From: an uncultured Thermoplasmatales archaeon | GTDB lineage: Archaea; Thermoplasmatota; E2; DHVEG-1 | Direction: 5' to 3' | Length of the DNA stretch: 64,000 bases | Assembly: GCA_964618505.1 (NCBI GenBank) | Contig: CAZUBH010000008.1 | Coordinates: 15,257-79,256, forward strand | Shown here: positions 29,217 through 38,105 of the stretch, in pieces | How the letters are laid out: each line of letters begins with the position of its first letter | Position numbering within the stretch: position 1 is the stretch's first letter | Notes under the pieces: model-generated | What the model saw: only the letters and a program-made list of their open reading frames with translations | Told to the model about the DNA's origin: nothing | Database searches by the model: none | Made by a program: the position numbers and the translations under genes

Positions 29217-29960
29217 TTACACCTTAATATTTAAAACTCTAATTTCCAGTTCTTTTGCTTTTTTTGCTATTTGTAAACGCTTTTTTGTTCCTACCGTGCC
29301 GCCAATTCTTGCTGCTTGCTTCTTTGGGTCAATTTTTTCGAGATCTGAAAGATTATGTACCATAATTTCTTCAAAACCAGAGGAATGCAAACCACGAACC
29401 TCTTTAGGCCCTCTGAAGCCAATTCTTACTTTGCTTGGCCTATATTTGAAGTTCCTCCTCATTTTTGAAGTAATACCGTCCGGTCTTCTCCAATTCTTTG
29501 GAACTCTTTTGTATCTAAACCATTCTTCCCTTAGAAATTCTGGAGTTCTTTTCTTTATTTTCTTTCTTGTTTCTAGTTTTTCCTTAATTTCTTCTGTTAA
29601 AGATGGTTTTATTTTAATTTTTACTTTATCTTCTTCTTTTTCATCAACAATTATTACTTCTTCCTTTGTTTTTTTCTCTTCGACTTTACTTTTTTCTTCT
29701 TTTTTTGTAACAGTTTTTGGTTTTTGTTGAGTTTTTGCTTCAGTGCCTTTCAACTTCGATTTTTCTTTTTCCGTTTTTAGTTGATTTATCATATCTTTTG
29801 CATTTTTTTCCGATATTCCACCGATCTTTGTTAAATCTGAAATTTTTGCATTTTTTAATTTATTAATTGAGTCAAATCCATTTTCATAGAGTAGTTTTGC
29901 TTTTGCTTCGCCAACTCCTTTTATTGAAGTAAAATCTTTAATAACATCTTTTTTAGACAT
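29217..29960 (-). CDS. rpl32e: 50S ribosomal protein L32e with an N-terminal HhH2 domain and a Lys/Glu-rich linker (fusion).
   Basis: The C-terminal about 130 aa form a canonical L32e (FLREEWFRYKRVPKNWRRPDGITSKMRRNF...). The N-terminal about 110 aa hold two helix-hairpin-helix motifs (IKGVGEAKAKLL, KIGGISEKNAKDM) and a KEEKSK low-complexity linker. Confidence 0.8.
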   Translation of the reverse strand: MSKKDVIKDFTSIKGVGEAKAKLLYENGFDSINKLKNAKISDLTKIGGISEKNAKDMINQLKTEKEKSKLKGTEAKTQQKPKTVTKKEEKSKVEEKKTKEEVIIVDEKEEDKVKIKIKPSLTEEIKEKLETRKKIKKRTPEFLREEWFRYKRVPKNWRRPDGITSKMRRNFKYRPSKVRIGFRGPKEVRGLHSSGFEEIMVHNLSDLEKIDPKKQAARIGGTVGTKKRLQIAKKAKELEIRVLNIKV

Positions 29961-29961
29961 T

Positions 29962-30504
29962 TTAACTCCTCTTTGAAATTACGTAGACGCCATCTTGAAA
30001 AACACGGATGTCTCTACGAGTTACTTTTCCAGCTCTTTCAATATTTGCTGCGGTTTGCCCCACTTTTTCAATGTCGACCCCAGATACAGTTACCTCATCC
30101 CCTTTTGTTTCAACTTTTACACCTTCCAATATTTTAGCTTTTCTGGGAGATCTCTCACCTAGGAAATTTTGGATGGTAAAAGCATCTCCTTCTACATTTG
30201 TTTTTATTGGAAAATGAGAAAACACTGTTTTCATTTTATATTCAAATCCTTCTGTCACTCCCTTAATCATGTTATTTATGTGTGCCTTGAAAGTCCCAAT
30301 AAGTGCTTTTTCTTTTCTTTTTGGGGATTTAATACACGAAATTTCGAATTTATTTCCATTCAACTTTAAATCAATTTTTGGGTGAGAAAGAGTTTTGGAA
30401 ATCGACCCTTTTTCCCCTTTTACTGTAATTGTCTTATTTTCAATTGATAGTTCAACTCCTTGAGGAATTTCGATTTCTTCTTTTAATTCTGTAATCTTTG
30501 TCAT
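29962..30504 (-). CDS. rpl6: 50S ribosomal protein L6 (uL6).
   Basis: Two-domain uL6 pattern (PQGVELSIENKTITVKGEKG...). Confidence 0.85.
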   Translation of the reverse strand: MTKITELKEEIEIPQGVELSIENKTITVKGEKGSISKTLSHPKIDLKLNGNKFEISCIKSPKRKEKALIGTFKAHINNMIKGVTEGFEYKMKTVFSHFPIKTNVEGDAFTIQNFLGERSPRKAKILEGVKVETKGDEVTVSGVDIEKVGQTAANIERAGKVTRRDIRVFQDGVYVISKRS

Positions 30505-30513
30505 TTTATCACT

Positions 30514-30903
30514 CTAATATATGTAGGCTAATAACTTTCCACCAATACCTTTGTCTCTTGCTTCATAATGAGATATTATACCTTCAGTTGTAGTCATAAC
30601 TAGCAATCCAAAATCTCTAGCGGGAAGGTATCTGGATTCCCATTTTTCAAGATCCATCCTTTTTATTGGATATCTTGGTTTAATAACTCCACAATTATTG
30701 ATATTGCCAATTAATTCAACTTGATATACTCCAGATTTACCGTCATCTATATATTCAAAATTACCAACATAGCCCTTGCTTTTTAATAGGCTTAAAATAC
30801 CACCTATTAACTTGGAGGATGGTCTGATTATACATTTACCAAGACCTCTTGATTCGGCATTTTTCATAGTTGATAACGCGTTTGCTAAAGGATCATTTAA
30901 CAT
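30514..30903 (-). CDS. rps8: 30S ribosomal protein S8 (uS8).
   Basis: DPLANALSTMKNAESRG...GGKLLAYIY matches uS8. Confidence 0.85.
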   Translation of the reverse strand: MLNDPLANALSTMKNAESRGLGKCIIRPSSKLIGGILSLLKSKGYVGNFEYIDDGKSGVYQVELIGNINNCGVIKPRYPIKRMDLEKWESRYLPARDFGLLVMTTTEGIISHYEARDKGIGGKLLAYIY

Positions 30904-30918
30904 AAGTTTAACACTCCA

Positions 30919-31074
30919 CTAATAATATTTTTTAAAACCAATCTCCTCTGCTTTTTCTCTAAAGCATTGTCTACATAAATGAAGTCCATATCTTCTTATT
31001 ATGCCTCGTCTTCTGCCACACTGCTCGCATCCTCTGTTTCTCCCGTAGATTTTCTTTCTTTCTTTTACTCTCAC
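30919..31074 (-). CDS. rps14: 30S ribosomal protein S14 type Z (uS14, zinc-binding); not present in the ORF track.
   Basis: Manual translation gives (GTG)[51 protein letters not shown] with CxxC...CxxC. The GTG start overlaps the L5 TGA stop (GTGA) and is preceded by GGAGGT. Confidence 0.8.
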   Translation of the reverse strand: MRVKERKKIYGRNRGCEQCGRRRGIIRRYGLHLCRQCFREKAEEIGFKKYY

Positions 31075-31616
31075 TTTATGACCTCCAAGTTAAATTTTTC
31101 AACGATAAAATTTTCTGTTTCCTCTCTTGTAATTTTGTGTTTTTGAGGTATTTTTTTTCTGTCAATACGTCTGTTTTTTATTCGATATCCGCTCTTGTTC
31201 ATTGTGACAGAGATGTCCATCCCAAAAATTCCTATATCTGGATTATATTTTTGCCCTTCAAATAGCGTATGGTCCGGAATCCCAAAGGAAAAATTTCCTT
31301 GGTCATCTATTGAATAATCAGCAAGTTTATTTTCTCTAGTTTTAAATGCTTCAACTAAAAATTTGTCTGCAAGCCCCTTTCTTAAAGTCACCTTACAGCC
31401 TATGGGCATAAGTTTTCTTAATCCCCAATCCTTATTAGTTGTCTTAGATATTGTTCTAACAGGTTTTTGTTTTGTTAAACTTTCAAGAACAGATTCTGCT
31501 TTGCTTAGTTTCTCGCCAGCTTCTCCTACACCTATATTAACAGTAACTTTCCCGATTTTAGGTTTTACTGTGCTTTTTTGTTCCTTTTTAACTTTTTTTG
31601 ATGTTTTCGCACTCAT
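31071..31616 (-). CDS. rpl5: 50S ribosomal protein L5 (uL5).
   Basis: uL5 core ([22 protein letters not shown]...). Confidence 0.85.
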   Translation of the reverse strand: MSAKTSKKVKKEQKSTVKPKIGKVTVNIGVGEAGEKLSKAESVLESLTKQKPVRTISKTTNKDWGLRKLMPIGCKVTLRKGLADKFLVEAFKTRENKLADYSIDDQGNFSFGIPDHTLFEGQKYNPDIGIFGMDISVTMNKSGYRIKNRRIDRKKIPQKHKITREETENFIVEKFNLEVIK

Positions 31617-32329
31617 TTCATTTTCACCTCGGGAAGATTTATCACAGGTTTATTTTTCCCAATGGGGAAGATATAATCTACAATTGTAGAAAATTCGGTA
31701 TTGCCTTTCAACTTAGCAAGATTTGGTTTTGAAGAAGGCACAATCTGAATGTCTTCAATATTTGCGATTTCTCCTACGTGACTTCCTCCAGTTATCAACG
31801 AAACAGTTCCTTTTTCAAATTTAAAAGACTCATTAATCTTACCATCTTTAAAATTTATTTTTATGACATCACCAGATTTATACTCGTCTTTATCAACCAG
31901 TTTATTATTTCCATCGTGTAAGTTCAATTGTATCTTTTTACCTTTAACAATAGTTTTGTTTTCTATTCTGCATAGTTTCCACTCGGCATCTTTGCCCGAT
32001 ATAGAGACTAAGCTTAGTTTTCCTTTTTGATCATAGGCAATTCTATAATCTTTTTTTAACTTTGGAATGGAAATTACATCCATTAAACCGCAAGGAAATT
32101 TGTGATTTTTTCGTTTTTTCCCGTCTACTAAAATGTCTCCATTTCCAATTATGTTTTTTGCTTCTCTGTAAGTGTCACACAAACCAAGATAATCCCTTAC
32201 AACTAATCCTAAAGCAACGGATTTGTCTAATGGGTGTGGGCCTGGAGATTGTTTTATAGTCCATTTCTTTTCTTTTCTATGAATTTTTACAACTCTAGGG
32301 GCGGCAAGTCTTTTTAGATGTTTACTCAT
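31613..32329 (-). CDS. rps4e: 30S ribosomal protein S4e.
   Basis: MSKHLKRLAAPRVVKIHRKEKKWTIKQSPGPH is the typical eS4 N-terminus. Confidence 0.85.
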   Translation of the reverse strand: MSKHLKRLAAPRVVKIHRKEKKWTIKQSPGPHPLDKSVALGLVVRDYLGLCDTYREAKNIIGNGDILVDGKKRKNHKFPCGLMDVISIPKLKKDYRIAYDQKGKLSLVSISGKDAEWKLCRIENKTIVKGKKIQLNLHDGNNKLVDKDEYKSGDVIKINFKDGKINESFKFEKGTVSLITGGSHVGEIANIEDIQIVPSSKPNLAKLKGNTEFSTIVDYIFPIGKNKPVINLPEVKMK

Positions 32330-33012
32330 TTCTTACCCTCCTCTTTTTTTTGTTTTGTTTTAACAGTTTTTGTTGTTTTTTTCTCAGATATTTTGCCTTT
32401 GGGCGTTTCTTTTTTCTTAGTCGTATCTTTTATTTCTTCTTTCTTCTTTTTTGGTTCAGTCTTTGGTTTCTGTTCTGGTTTCTTAGTTTCATCTTTTCCT
32501 TCTTTTTCCTCTGATTTTTCTCTTGATGGTTCCTCTTGAATTTGCTCTTCTTCTTTTTCAAGTTTAGCAAGTTCTTCTGCTTTTTTCTTCTCTTCTTCTT
32601 TTATCTCTTTGAGTTGTTCTTGAGCCTCTTTTTCAATCTCTTTTTTAGTTGTTTCAGATAAACCTTTTTCTAAACCGCCTCTGCGCCATTTGTCTGTTAA
32701 ATTTAATTTTGTGATTAATAAATTACTTGCATGCATGGGTTTTGCGATTTTGGTCCCATCAGCTTTGATTGTTGTAATTCCTTCAACAACAACTGTTTGT
32801 TTTTTAACGTTAACACTAGAAACTTTGTCCTCATGCCCTTTAAAACTACCACGCATTACTTTTACAGTATCGCCTTTAACAACAGGTATGCTTCTTTTAT
32901 CATATTTTAATAACAAATTTTCTGATAAATGTGAAGCTAACCATTTTCTTTTTTTATGGATGGGGGCATTGTAAATCATTTTTCTTGACTTTCTTGGCTG
33001 TATAGATTTCAT
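32326..33012 (-). CDS. rpl24: 50S ribosomal protein L24 (uL24) with an about-110-aa Lys/Glu-rich C-terminal extension.
   Basis: KOW-containing uL24 core (VVKGDTVKVMRGSFKG). It is followed by a long KEEKK-type low-complexity tail. Confidence 0.8.
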   Translation of the reverse strand: MKSIQPRKSRKMIYNAPIHKKRKWLASHLSENLLLKYDKRSIPVVKGDTVKVMRGSFKGHEDKVSSVNVKKQTVVVEGITTIKADGTKIAKPMHASNLLITKLNLTDKWRRGGLEKGLSETTKKEIEKEAQEQLKEIKEEEKKKAEELAKLEKEEEQIQEEPSREKSEEKEGKDETKKPEQKPKTEPKKKKEEIKDTTKKKETPKGKISEKKTTKTVKTKQKKEEGKK

Positions 33013-33024
33013 TATATCACACTT

Positions 33025-33423
33025 TCAAACTATTATGGATGCTAAAGAAGCAATTTTTGGCCATCTTTCTGCCGCTTCAAGAGCAACTGGCCCTTTTATC
33101 ATAGTCCCTTTTGTTTCGCCACTGTCAGTGACAAGTACTGCTGCATTATCTTCAAATTGAACCATAGTCCCATCTGGTCTTCTGAAAGGCCTTCTCTGAC
33201 GAACTATAACTGCTTTTAGGACTTGCCTTTTCATATCAGCCTTTCCTTTTTTTACGCTAACAATGACAGTATCTCCTACACCCGCAACCGGATATCTTCT
33301 ATGAACGCCCTTTAGTTTAGGAGTCATCATAATTTGAACAATTTTTGCACCAGTGTTGTCGATACAATTTAGACGAGCACCGATTGGCAATCCTCTCATC
33401 ATCCTTCCAGATATTCCTTTCAT
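33025..33423 (-). CDS. rpl14: 50S ribosomal protein L14 (uL14).
   Basis: [27 protein letters not shown] matches uL14. The start is chosen at the internal Met (13th codon of the track ORF). Confidence 0.85.
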   Translation of the reverse strand: MKGISGRMMRGLPIGARLNCIDNTGAKIVQIMMTPKLKGVHRRYPVAGVGDTVIVSVKKGKADMKRQVLKAVIVRQRRPFRRPDGTMVQFEDNAAVLVTDSGETKGTMIKGPVALEAAERWPKIASLASIIV

Positions 33424-33430
33424 TTTAATA

Positions 33431-33778
33431 TCACCCTTGCATTTTCTGAACCGTAACAAATGAAACTGATTTACTTAGAGGCCTGCATTCTGCTATCTTT
33501 ACGTCGTCACCAGGCTGAACTTTAATACATGGGGGGCAATGTGCTAAATATTTCGAAGTTCTTCTTTCATATCTCTCATATTTTTTCACATAATGCATAA
33601 AATCTCTTTTTACTGAGATTGTATCTGGCATTTTATTTGAGACAACTTTCCCTGTTATTATTTGCCCTCTAACAGGCAAGTTTCCATGGAACGGACAATT
33701 TTTGTCGCTACAGTTTTCACTAGGTGGTTTTATACTTAACCCAATGTTTATTTCTTCTTTTTTTGCCAATTCTTTCAC
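33431..33778 (-). CDS. rps17: 30S ribosomal protein S17 (uS17).
   Basis: Archaeal uS17 pattern ([29 protein letters not shown]...[18 protein letters not shown]). Confidence 0.85.
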   Translation of the reverse strand: MKELAKKEEINIGLSIKPPSENCSDKNCPFHGNLPVRGQIITGKVVSNKMPDTISVKRDFMHYVKKYERYERRTSKYLAHCPPCIKVQPGDDVKIAECRPLSKSVSFVTVQKMQG

Positions 33779-34038
33779 CTTGATTTTTTAATACGATCTT
33801 CTGGCCTATATGCCAACCGAGATCCTTCAATGATTGTTTTTTTCCCTTTATATTCAAATTCAAAGGATGCAGTTTTTTTTGCAATCCTCTTTTTTTTACC
33901 ATTTACTTCTATAAGGAAAGTGTTCTTTGTCTCGTCAATAGTTATTCCAGATACTCCATTCCAATTGGGATCTAAGGAATCTTTGATTTTCACTTTCCTT
34001 CCTATTAGTTCATCTTTAACGATGATATTTTTTATCAT
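33775..34038 (-). CDS. rnp1: RNase P protein component 1 (Rpp29/Pop4 homolog).
   Basis: ELIGRKVKI...[16 protein letters not shown]...RPEDR. It sits between SUI1 and S17, its position in the archaeal cluster. Confidence 0.7.
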   Translation of the reverse strand: MIKNIIVKDELIGRKVKIKDSLDPNWNGVSGITIDETKNTFLIEVNGKKKRIAKKTASFEFEYKGKKTIIEGSRLAYRPEDRIKKSR

Positions 34039-34081
34039 ATGATAATGTTTATTTTAAGGATTGATATTTGAGCTAATTGGT

Positions 34082-34381
34082 TTAAATTATCTCAACCATG
34101 AATCCCATTTTTTCAAGTGCTTCTTTTACCTTATTTCTGTGATCTCCTTGAAGTTCTATTTTACCTTCTTTTATTGTGCCTCCACAGGCACATATTGATT
34201 TGAGGTTGCTTACAAGAGCACTTACATCCATACCGTGTGGATCCAACCCTTCCACGATAGTCATAACTTTGCCGTACCTTCGTCTGTCAACGGCAATAGT
34301 TATGTTTTGCTGTTCTCTTGCTATTTCTTCACAAGCACATATCTCCTTAGGAAGACCACATTTTGGGCAAATCTCGCTCAT
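34082..34381 (-). CDS. sui1: Translation initiation factor aSUI1 (eIF1 homolog) with an N-terminal zinc finger.
   Basis: MSEICPKCGLPKEICACEE...KSICACGGTIKEGKIELQGDHR is the typical archaeal SUI1. Confidence 0.8.
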   Translation of the reverse strand: MSEICPKCGLPKEICACEEIAREQQNITIAVDRRRYGKVMTIVEGLDPHGMDVSALVSNLKSICACGGTIKEGKIELQGDHRNKVKEALEKMGFMVEII

Positions 34382-34584
34382 TTATTTTCTCCTTCCTCCT
34401 GCATGACAGTGAGTATTTTTGCTATAGTCATTCGAATCTGCCTAATTTTTCCTGGTGACGGAGGAGATCCTCCCATAGCTGACACTCCTCTTTCATGCAT
34501 AAGTTCTTCTTTCAGCCCTTTGAGCTTTTCAGCCCTTTCTTCTGGACTAAAATCTCTGATTTGTTTAGCTTTTAGAACCATCAT
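34378..34584 (-). CDS. rpl29: 50S ribosomal protein L29 (uL29).
   Basis: LKAKQIRDFSPEERAEKLKGLKEELMHERG matches uL29. Confidence 0.8.
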   Translation of the reverse strand: MMVLKAKQIRDFSPEERAEKLKGLKEELMHERGVSAMGGSPPSPGKIRQIRMTIAKILTVMQEEGENK

Positions 34585-35450
34585 TTAGCCTCTTCAATTA
34601 ATTTCTTTAGATTTTTAACAATTATTTCGGCAGTTTTTTTGCCAATACCCTCTATAGACATTATACTATCAATATCCATCTCATATAGTTCTTCTAATGA
34701 TTCTACTTTTGCTTTTTCAAGTTTTTTTACAACTGAAGGCCCAACACCTTGAATTTCTGCTACTTTTTTGATATCAGTCTTTTTAGCTTCTTTTTGTTTA
34801 GTTTCTTCTTTTTCAACTTTCTCTTGTTTTTTATCTGTCTTTTTTTCTTTCTCAGGTATTCTTATGTTTATTTCGTCCGGTAATACAGATTCCGGCTTCA
34901 TTATTCTGACTTTAACTCCAAGCACCCCTGCTTTTAGCTTTGCAGTTGCATAACCAATATCCATTACTTCTTTTGCAACTTCGCCGCAGTATTTAACATG
35001 CCCTTCTGTGAATTTCTCTGTTCTGTGTCTTGCACCTGTTAATTTGCCTGCAATAACAATTTGACATCCTTTCGCACCAGAATTCATAATTCTTCTTACT
35101 GTTGAGTGCCCTGCTCTTCTAAAATGCCATCCTCTTTCCAATGCCTCTGCAAGCTTTTCCGCCATAATTTGAGCATTTGTAGATGCACTAGCTCCTGCCT
35201 CTTGGATTTCAATCTGTGGGTTATCTACATCAAACTTATCCTGAATGTTTTGAGTAAGTTCTTTTATTTTTACTCCGCCTTTTCCAATAACCATGCCTGG
35301 TCTTTCTACTAAAATGTTAACTCTTGTTCCAATAGGTGTTCTCTGGATATTCATGCCGCCAAAGCCAGCTCCTTCTATTTCTTTTATTAAAAACTTTCTT
35401 ATTAATGATCGATTTGCGTTCTCTCTGACAAATTTTCTCTCGCTTGCCAT
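34581..35450 (-). CDS. rps3: 30S ribosomal protein S3 (uS3) with a Lys-rich linker and a C-terminal HhH2 domain (fusion).
   Basis: The KH-domain uS3 core (GMVIGKGGVKIKEL...) is followed by KEKKTDKKQEK... and two HhH motifs (EIQGVGPSVVKKL, SIEGIGKKTAEII). Confidence 0.85.
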   Translation of the reverse strand: MASERKFVRENANRSLIRKFLIKEIEGAGFGGMNIQRTPIGTRVNILVERPGMVIGKGGVKIKELTQNIQDKFDVDNPQIEIQEAGASASTNAQIMAEKLAEALERGWHFRRAGHSTVRRIMNSGAKGCQIVIAGKLTGARHRTEKFTEGHVKYCGEVAKEVMDIGYATAKLKAGVLGVKVRIMKPESVLPDEINIRIPEKEKKTDKKQEKVEKEETKQKEAKKTDIKKVAEIQGVGPSVVKKLEKAKVESLEELYEMDIDSIMSIEGIGKKTAEIIVKNLKKLIEEAK

Positions 35451-35896
35451 TATTCCGCCTCTTCTAAAATAATCTCAATATTTGTAGTAGATGTATTTTT
35501 ATCGGTGGCTCTGCCATAAGCTCTTGGCATGATACCTCTGATTATTCTGCCCTTATAGGCAGAAATATGTATAATTTTCATGCTTTCAACATCAAATCCT
35601 TTGTATTCCGCATTATTTTCGGCATTTTCCAATATTTTTAACATATACTTTGCAGCTTTTTTTGGATAACTACCGGGGCCGATACCCTTTTTATGGGCTC
35701 TTTTCTTTTTGTGAAAAACTGTGGGCAAAGCTCTTTTCATTTCGATGATTTCATTAAGATATTTTTTGGCTTTTTCGGCATTCATACCTTTTATTGCATA
35801 GGCTAAATTCATAGAATCTTTTGGAGAGCAATGAAGCTCATAACCATATGCCTTTGCAGTTTTGTCTGGATCCGATTCTGTTGAATATTTCGACAT
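35450..35896 (-). CDS. rpl22: 50S ribosomal protein L22 (uL22).
   Basis: uL22 fold (AKAYGYELHCSPKDSMNLAYAIKGM...). Confidence 0.85.
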   Translation of the reverse strand: MSKYSTESDPDKTAKAYGYELHCSPKDSMNLAYAIKGMNAEKAKKYLNEIIEMKRALPTVFHKKKRAHKKGIGPGSYPKKAAKYMLKILENAENNAEYKGFDVESMKIIHISAYKGRIIRGIMPRAYGRATDKNTSTTNIEIILEEAE

Positions 35897-35902
35897 CTTT
35901 CA

Positions 35903-36361
35903 TCACTTTAGTGGCATAAACTTAGAGGATCTGGTTGCTCCAACACCAGGTCCAGTGTGTTTAACTTTCTTTCTTGTTTGTGCAAATTCACCTAAATAAT
36001 GTCCAACCATCTGTGGTTGTATAGACACTCTTTGAAAATCTTTACCATCATAAATATGAATATCATGCCCGATAAACTCAGGTAAAATAATCATGTTTCT
36101 GCAATGAGTTTTTATTATATCTCCTTTATTTGCAGATTTTACATCATTAAGTAGCTTGTATTGTCTTGGGGTAAGACCTCTTTTTAAGGTTCTTCTTGCC
36201 CTAGATGGAAGATAAGGCATTAATTCGTCCAATGATAATTTTTCTAATTCTTCAACAGAAAGCCCATGATATAGAAATTCTTTTTTTCTTATCTCTACTT
36301 TCTTCCTTTGCCTTTTTCTTCTACTTCTTGCAGATGATGTAAATCCGGTTTTTTTTGCCAT
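35903..36361 (-). CDS. rps19: 30S ribosomal protein S19 (uS19).
   Basis: HCRNMIILPEFIGHDIHIYDGKDF...VGHYLGEFAQTRK matches uS19. Confidence 0.85.
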   Translation of the reverse strand: MAKKTGFTSSARSRRKRQRKKVEIRKKEFLYHGLSVEELEKLSLDELMPYLPSRARRTLKRGLTPRQYKLLNDVKSANKGDIIKTHCRNMIILPEFIGHDIHIYDGKDFQRVSIQPQMVGHYLGEFAQTRKKVKHTGPGVGATRSSKFMPLK

Positions 36362-36366
36362 ATTAA

Positions 36367-37074
36367 TTACCTTTTACCAGTGCGTTTTGCAGCAATATTC
36401 CCAACTTTTCTTCCAGGTGGCGCCCCTCTTGGCACTGAACTGGGTTTGCCAACATGTTGATGATTACCTCCACCATGAGGATGACTTGCTGCATACATTG
36501 CAACCCCTCTAACCACAGGGAATTGCTTGCCTTTCTTTCTATATGCATAATGTTTCTTACCTGCTTTAAGGAAGGGTTTGTCCTTTCTTCCCCCTCCTGC
36601 AGGAATGCCAATTGTTGCTCTACAATTTGAATCTAAAGTTTTGAACTGTCCTGAAGGGAGTTTAATTACTGTTTTTTTAGAGTCATGAGATACCACTGTT
36701 GCTCCACTACCTCCAGCTCTTACTAATTTGCCCCCATCTCCCGGGGTAATTTCAACGTTATATATAGGATAACCTTCTGGAATATTTCCAACTGATACTA
36801 CATTACCGATTTTGCAATCAGATTTGTTTTCGCTAAAAACTATTTCTTTACCGATATGAATCCCTTCAGTAGCTAGCATCAATTCTTTTTTGTTATCTTG
36901 CATTTTTACCATTGCAAGAGGAACAGATCTTCCCGGATCGTGAATTATATCTTCAACAATGCCTTTGGAATTTCTCATATTTTTGTATTTAACTCTTCCA
37001 CGGGATTTGTGAGAAGGAACTTTGTATCTGCCTCTTCTCCTTCCGCGTCGTTGCTGGATTAGATTTTTTCCCAT
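36367..37074 (-). CDS. rpl2: 50S ribosomal protein L2 (uL2).
   Basis: MGKNLIQQRRGRRRGRYKVPSHK is the usual archaeal uL2 N-terminus. The start is chosen at Met-9 of the track ORF. Confidence 0.85.
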   Translation of the reverse strand: MGKNLIQQRRGRRRGRYKVPSHKSRGRVKYKNMRNSKGIVEDIIHDPGRSVPLAMVKMQDNKKELMLATEGIHIGKEIVFSENKSDCKIGNVVSVGNIPEGYPIYNVEITPGDGGKLVRAGGSGATVVSHDSKKTVIKLPSGQFKTLDSNCRATIGIPAGGGRKDKPFLKAGKKHYAYRKKGKQFPVVRGVAMYAASHPHGGGNHQHVGKPSSVPRGAPPGRKVGNIAAKRTGKR

Positions 37075-37084
37075 TGTTATACCT

Positions 37085-37342
37085 CTAGAATACTCCAATT
37101 CTCATTCCAATATCTTCTGCTTTGAAATCAGGCGTAAATGCCACAATTGCATGCTTTCCATCTTTTGCAATTCTTGTTGTGACATTTCTTACTTTAACAT
37201 CAAATAGCTCTTCAACAGCTTTTTTTATTTGACTCTTATTTGAAGTTCTTTTGACGATAAATTCTAATGCATTGATTTTTTCCATTTGGTTCATGGATTT
37301 TTCTGTGACATATGGATGTAATATTATGTTAAATGGGTCCAT
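37085..37342 (-). CDS. rpl23: 50S ribosomal protein L23 (uL23).
   Basis: ILHPYVTEKSMNQMEKINALEFIV matches uL23. Confidence 0.8.
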   Translation of the reverse strand: MDPFNIILHPYVTEKSMNQMEKINALEFIVKRTSNKSQIKKAVEELFDVKVRNVTTRIAKDGKHAIVAFTPDFKAEDIGMRIGVF

Positions 37343-38103
37343 TATTTGCTGCCTCCTAATTTTGTCAATGCCGATTTTGTAAAAATTGCTAATCTCCCTG
37401 CATCTCCTCCAGGGGCTAGATGTTCAATATTAAGTTTTTCTGGGCTCGTTATGTCAACACCAGATAAATTTTTTGAACTTTTTTCTAAATCGTTTTTGGT
37501 AGTGACTATTAGAAGTGATTTCGGAGTCTTATATCTTCTACCTCTCATTTTGCCTTTTCCGGCGCGAATATGCTTACCATTTGTTGATCTGATAATATCA
37601 TTATATATTCCTATTTTTTCAAGGGTTTTTATTACATCTTTTGTTTTTTTAATTTTTTCAAAATCATCGTCAATTATTATTGGTAGTGTAAGTTTTTCAT
37701 CGAATTTGTGTCCTCTATTGGTTACTATATCTTTATTAGCAGTTGCAGCTATTGCTGATTTTTTTGCAAGAATTTTTTCTTTTTTATTCATTTTTTCTTT
37801 CCAAACTCTTTCAGATCTTGGAGGATGTGCCCTTCTACCACCTACTACACAAGGTGCAAGAGCCGCAGTTCTTCCTTGAGTAAGCCTTGGTACTCTGGAC
37901 ATACCTCTACCCTTTCCAACTGATGCAGTTGCATGTCTGGTTCCAGCCAAAGGAGAAGCTCCGTAAGGCTGTCTTTTATTTGAATGAAGAACATTAAACG
38001 ATTTTCTTATAACATCTGGGCGATATGGGGTATCAAATACAATTGGGAGATCAATTTTTTCTTTTAGTGCACCATTTGCTCCATATAGATTTACCTTTGC
38101 CAT
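37342..38103 (-). CDS. rpl4: 50S ribosomal protein L4 (uL4).
   Basis: Archaeal uL4 pattern (RQPYGASPLAGTRHATASVGKGRGMSRVPR). Confidence 0.85.
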   Translation of the reverse strand: MAKVNLYGANGALKEKIDLPIVFDTPYRPDVIRKSFNVLHSNKRQPYGASPLAGTRHATASVGKGRGMSRVPRLTQGRTAALAPCVVGGRRAHPPRSERVWKEKMNKKEKILAKKSAIAATANKDIVTNRGHKFDEKLTLPIIIDDDFEKIKKTKDVIKTLEKIGIYNDIIRSTNGKHIRAGKGKMRGRRYKTPKSLLIVTTKNDLEKSSKNLSGVDITSPEKLNIEHLAPGGDAGRLAIFTKSALTKLGGSK

Positions 38104-38105
38104 TT

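Noticed and set aside
29296-29730. An antisense 144-aa ORF inside rpl32e, and similar antisense ORFs inside other ribosomal genes (30008..30369, 31363..31689, 32318..32974, 34176..34588, 36363..36611, 37346..37879).
   Set aside because: All lie opposite or out of frame within highly conserved ribosomal protein genes. Their S/F/L-rich composition is typical of reverse-strand reading of K/E-rich codons. They are spurious.
33720-33902. A 60-aa minus-strand ORF overlapping the rps17/rnp1 junction.
   Set aside because: It overlaps two conserved genes in another frame and has a K-rich low-complexity product. Spurious.
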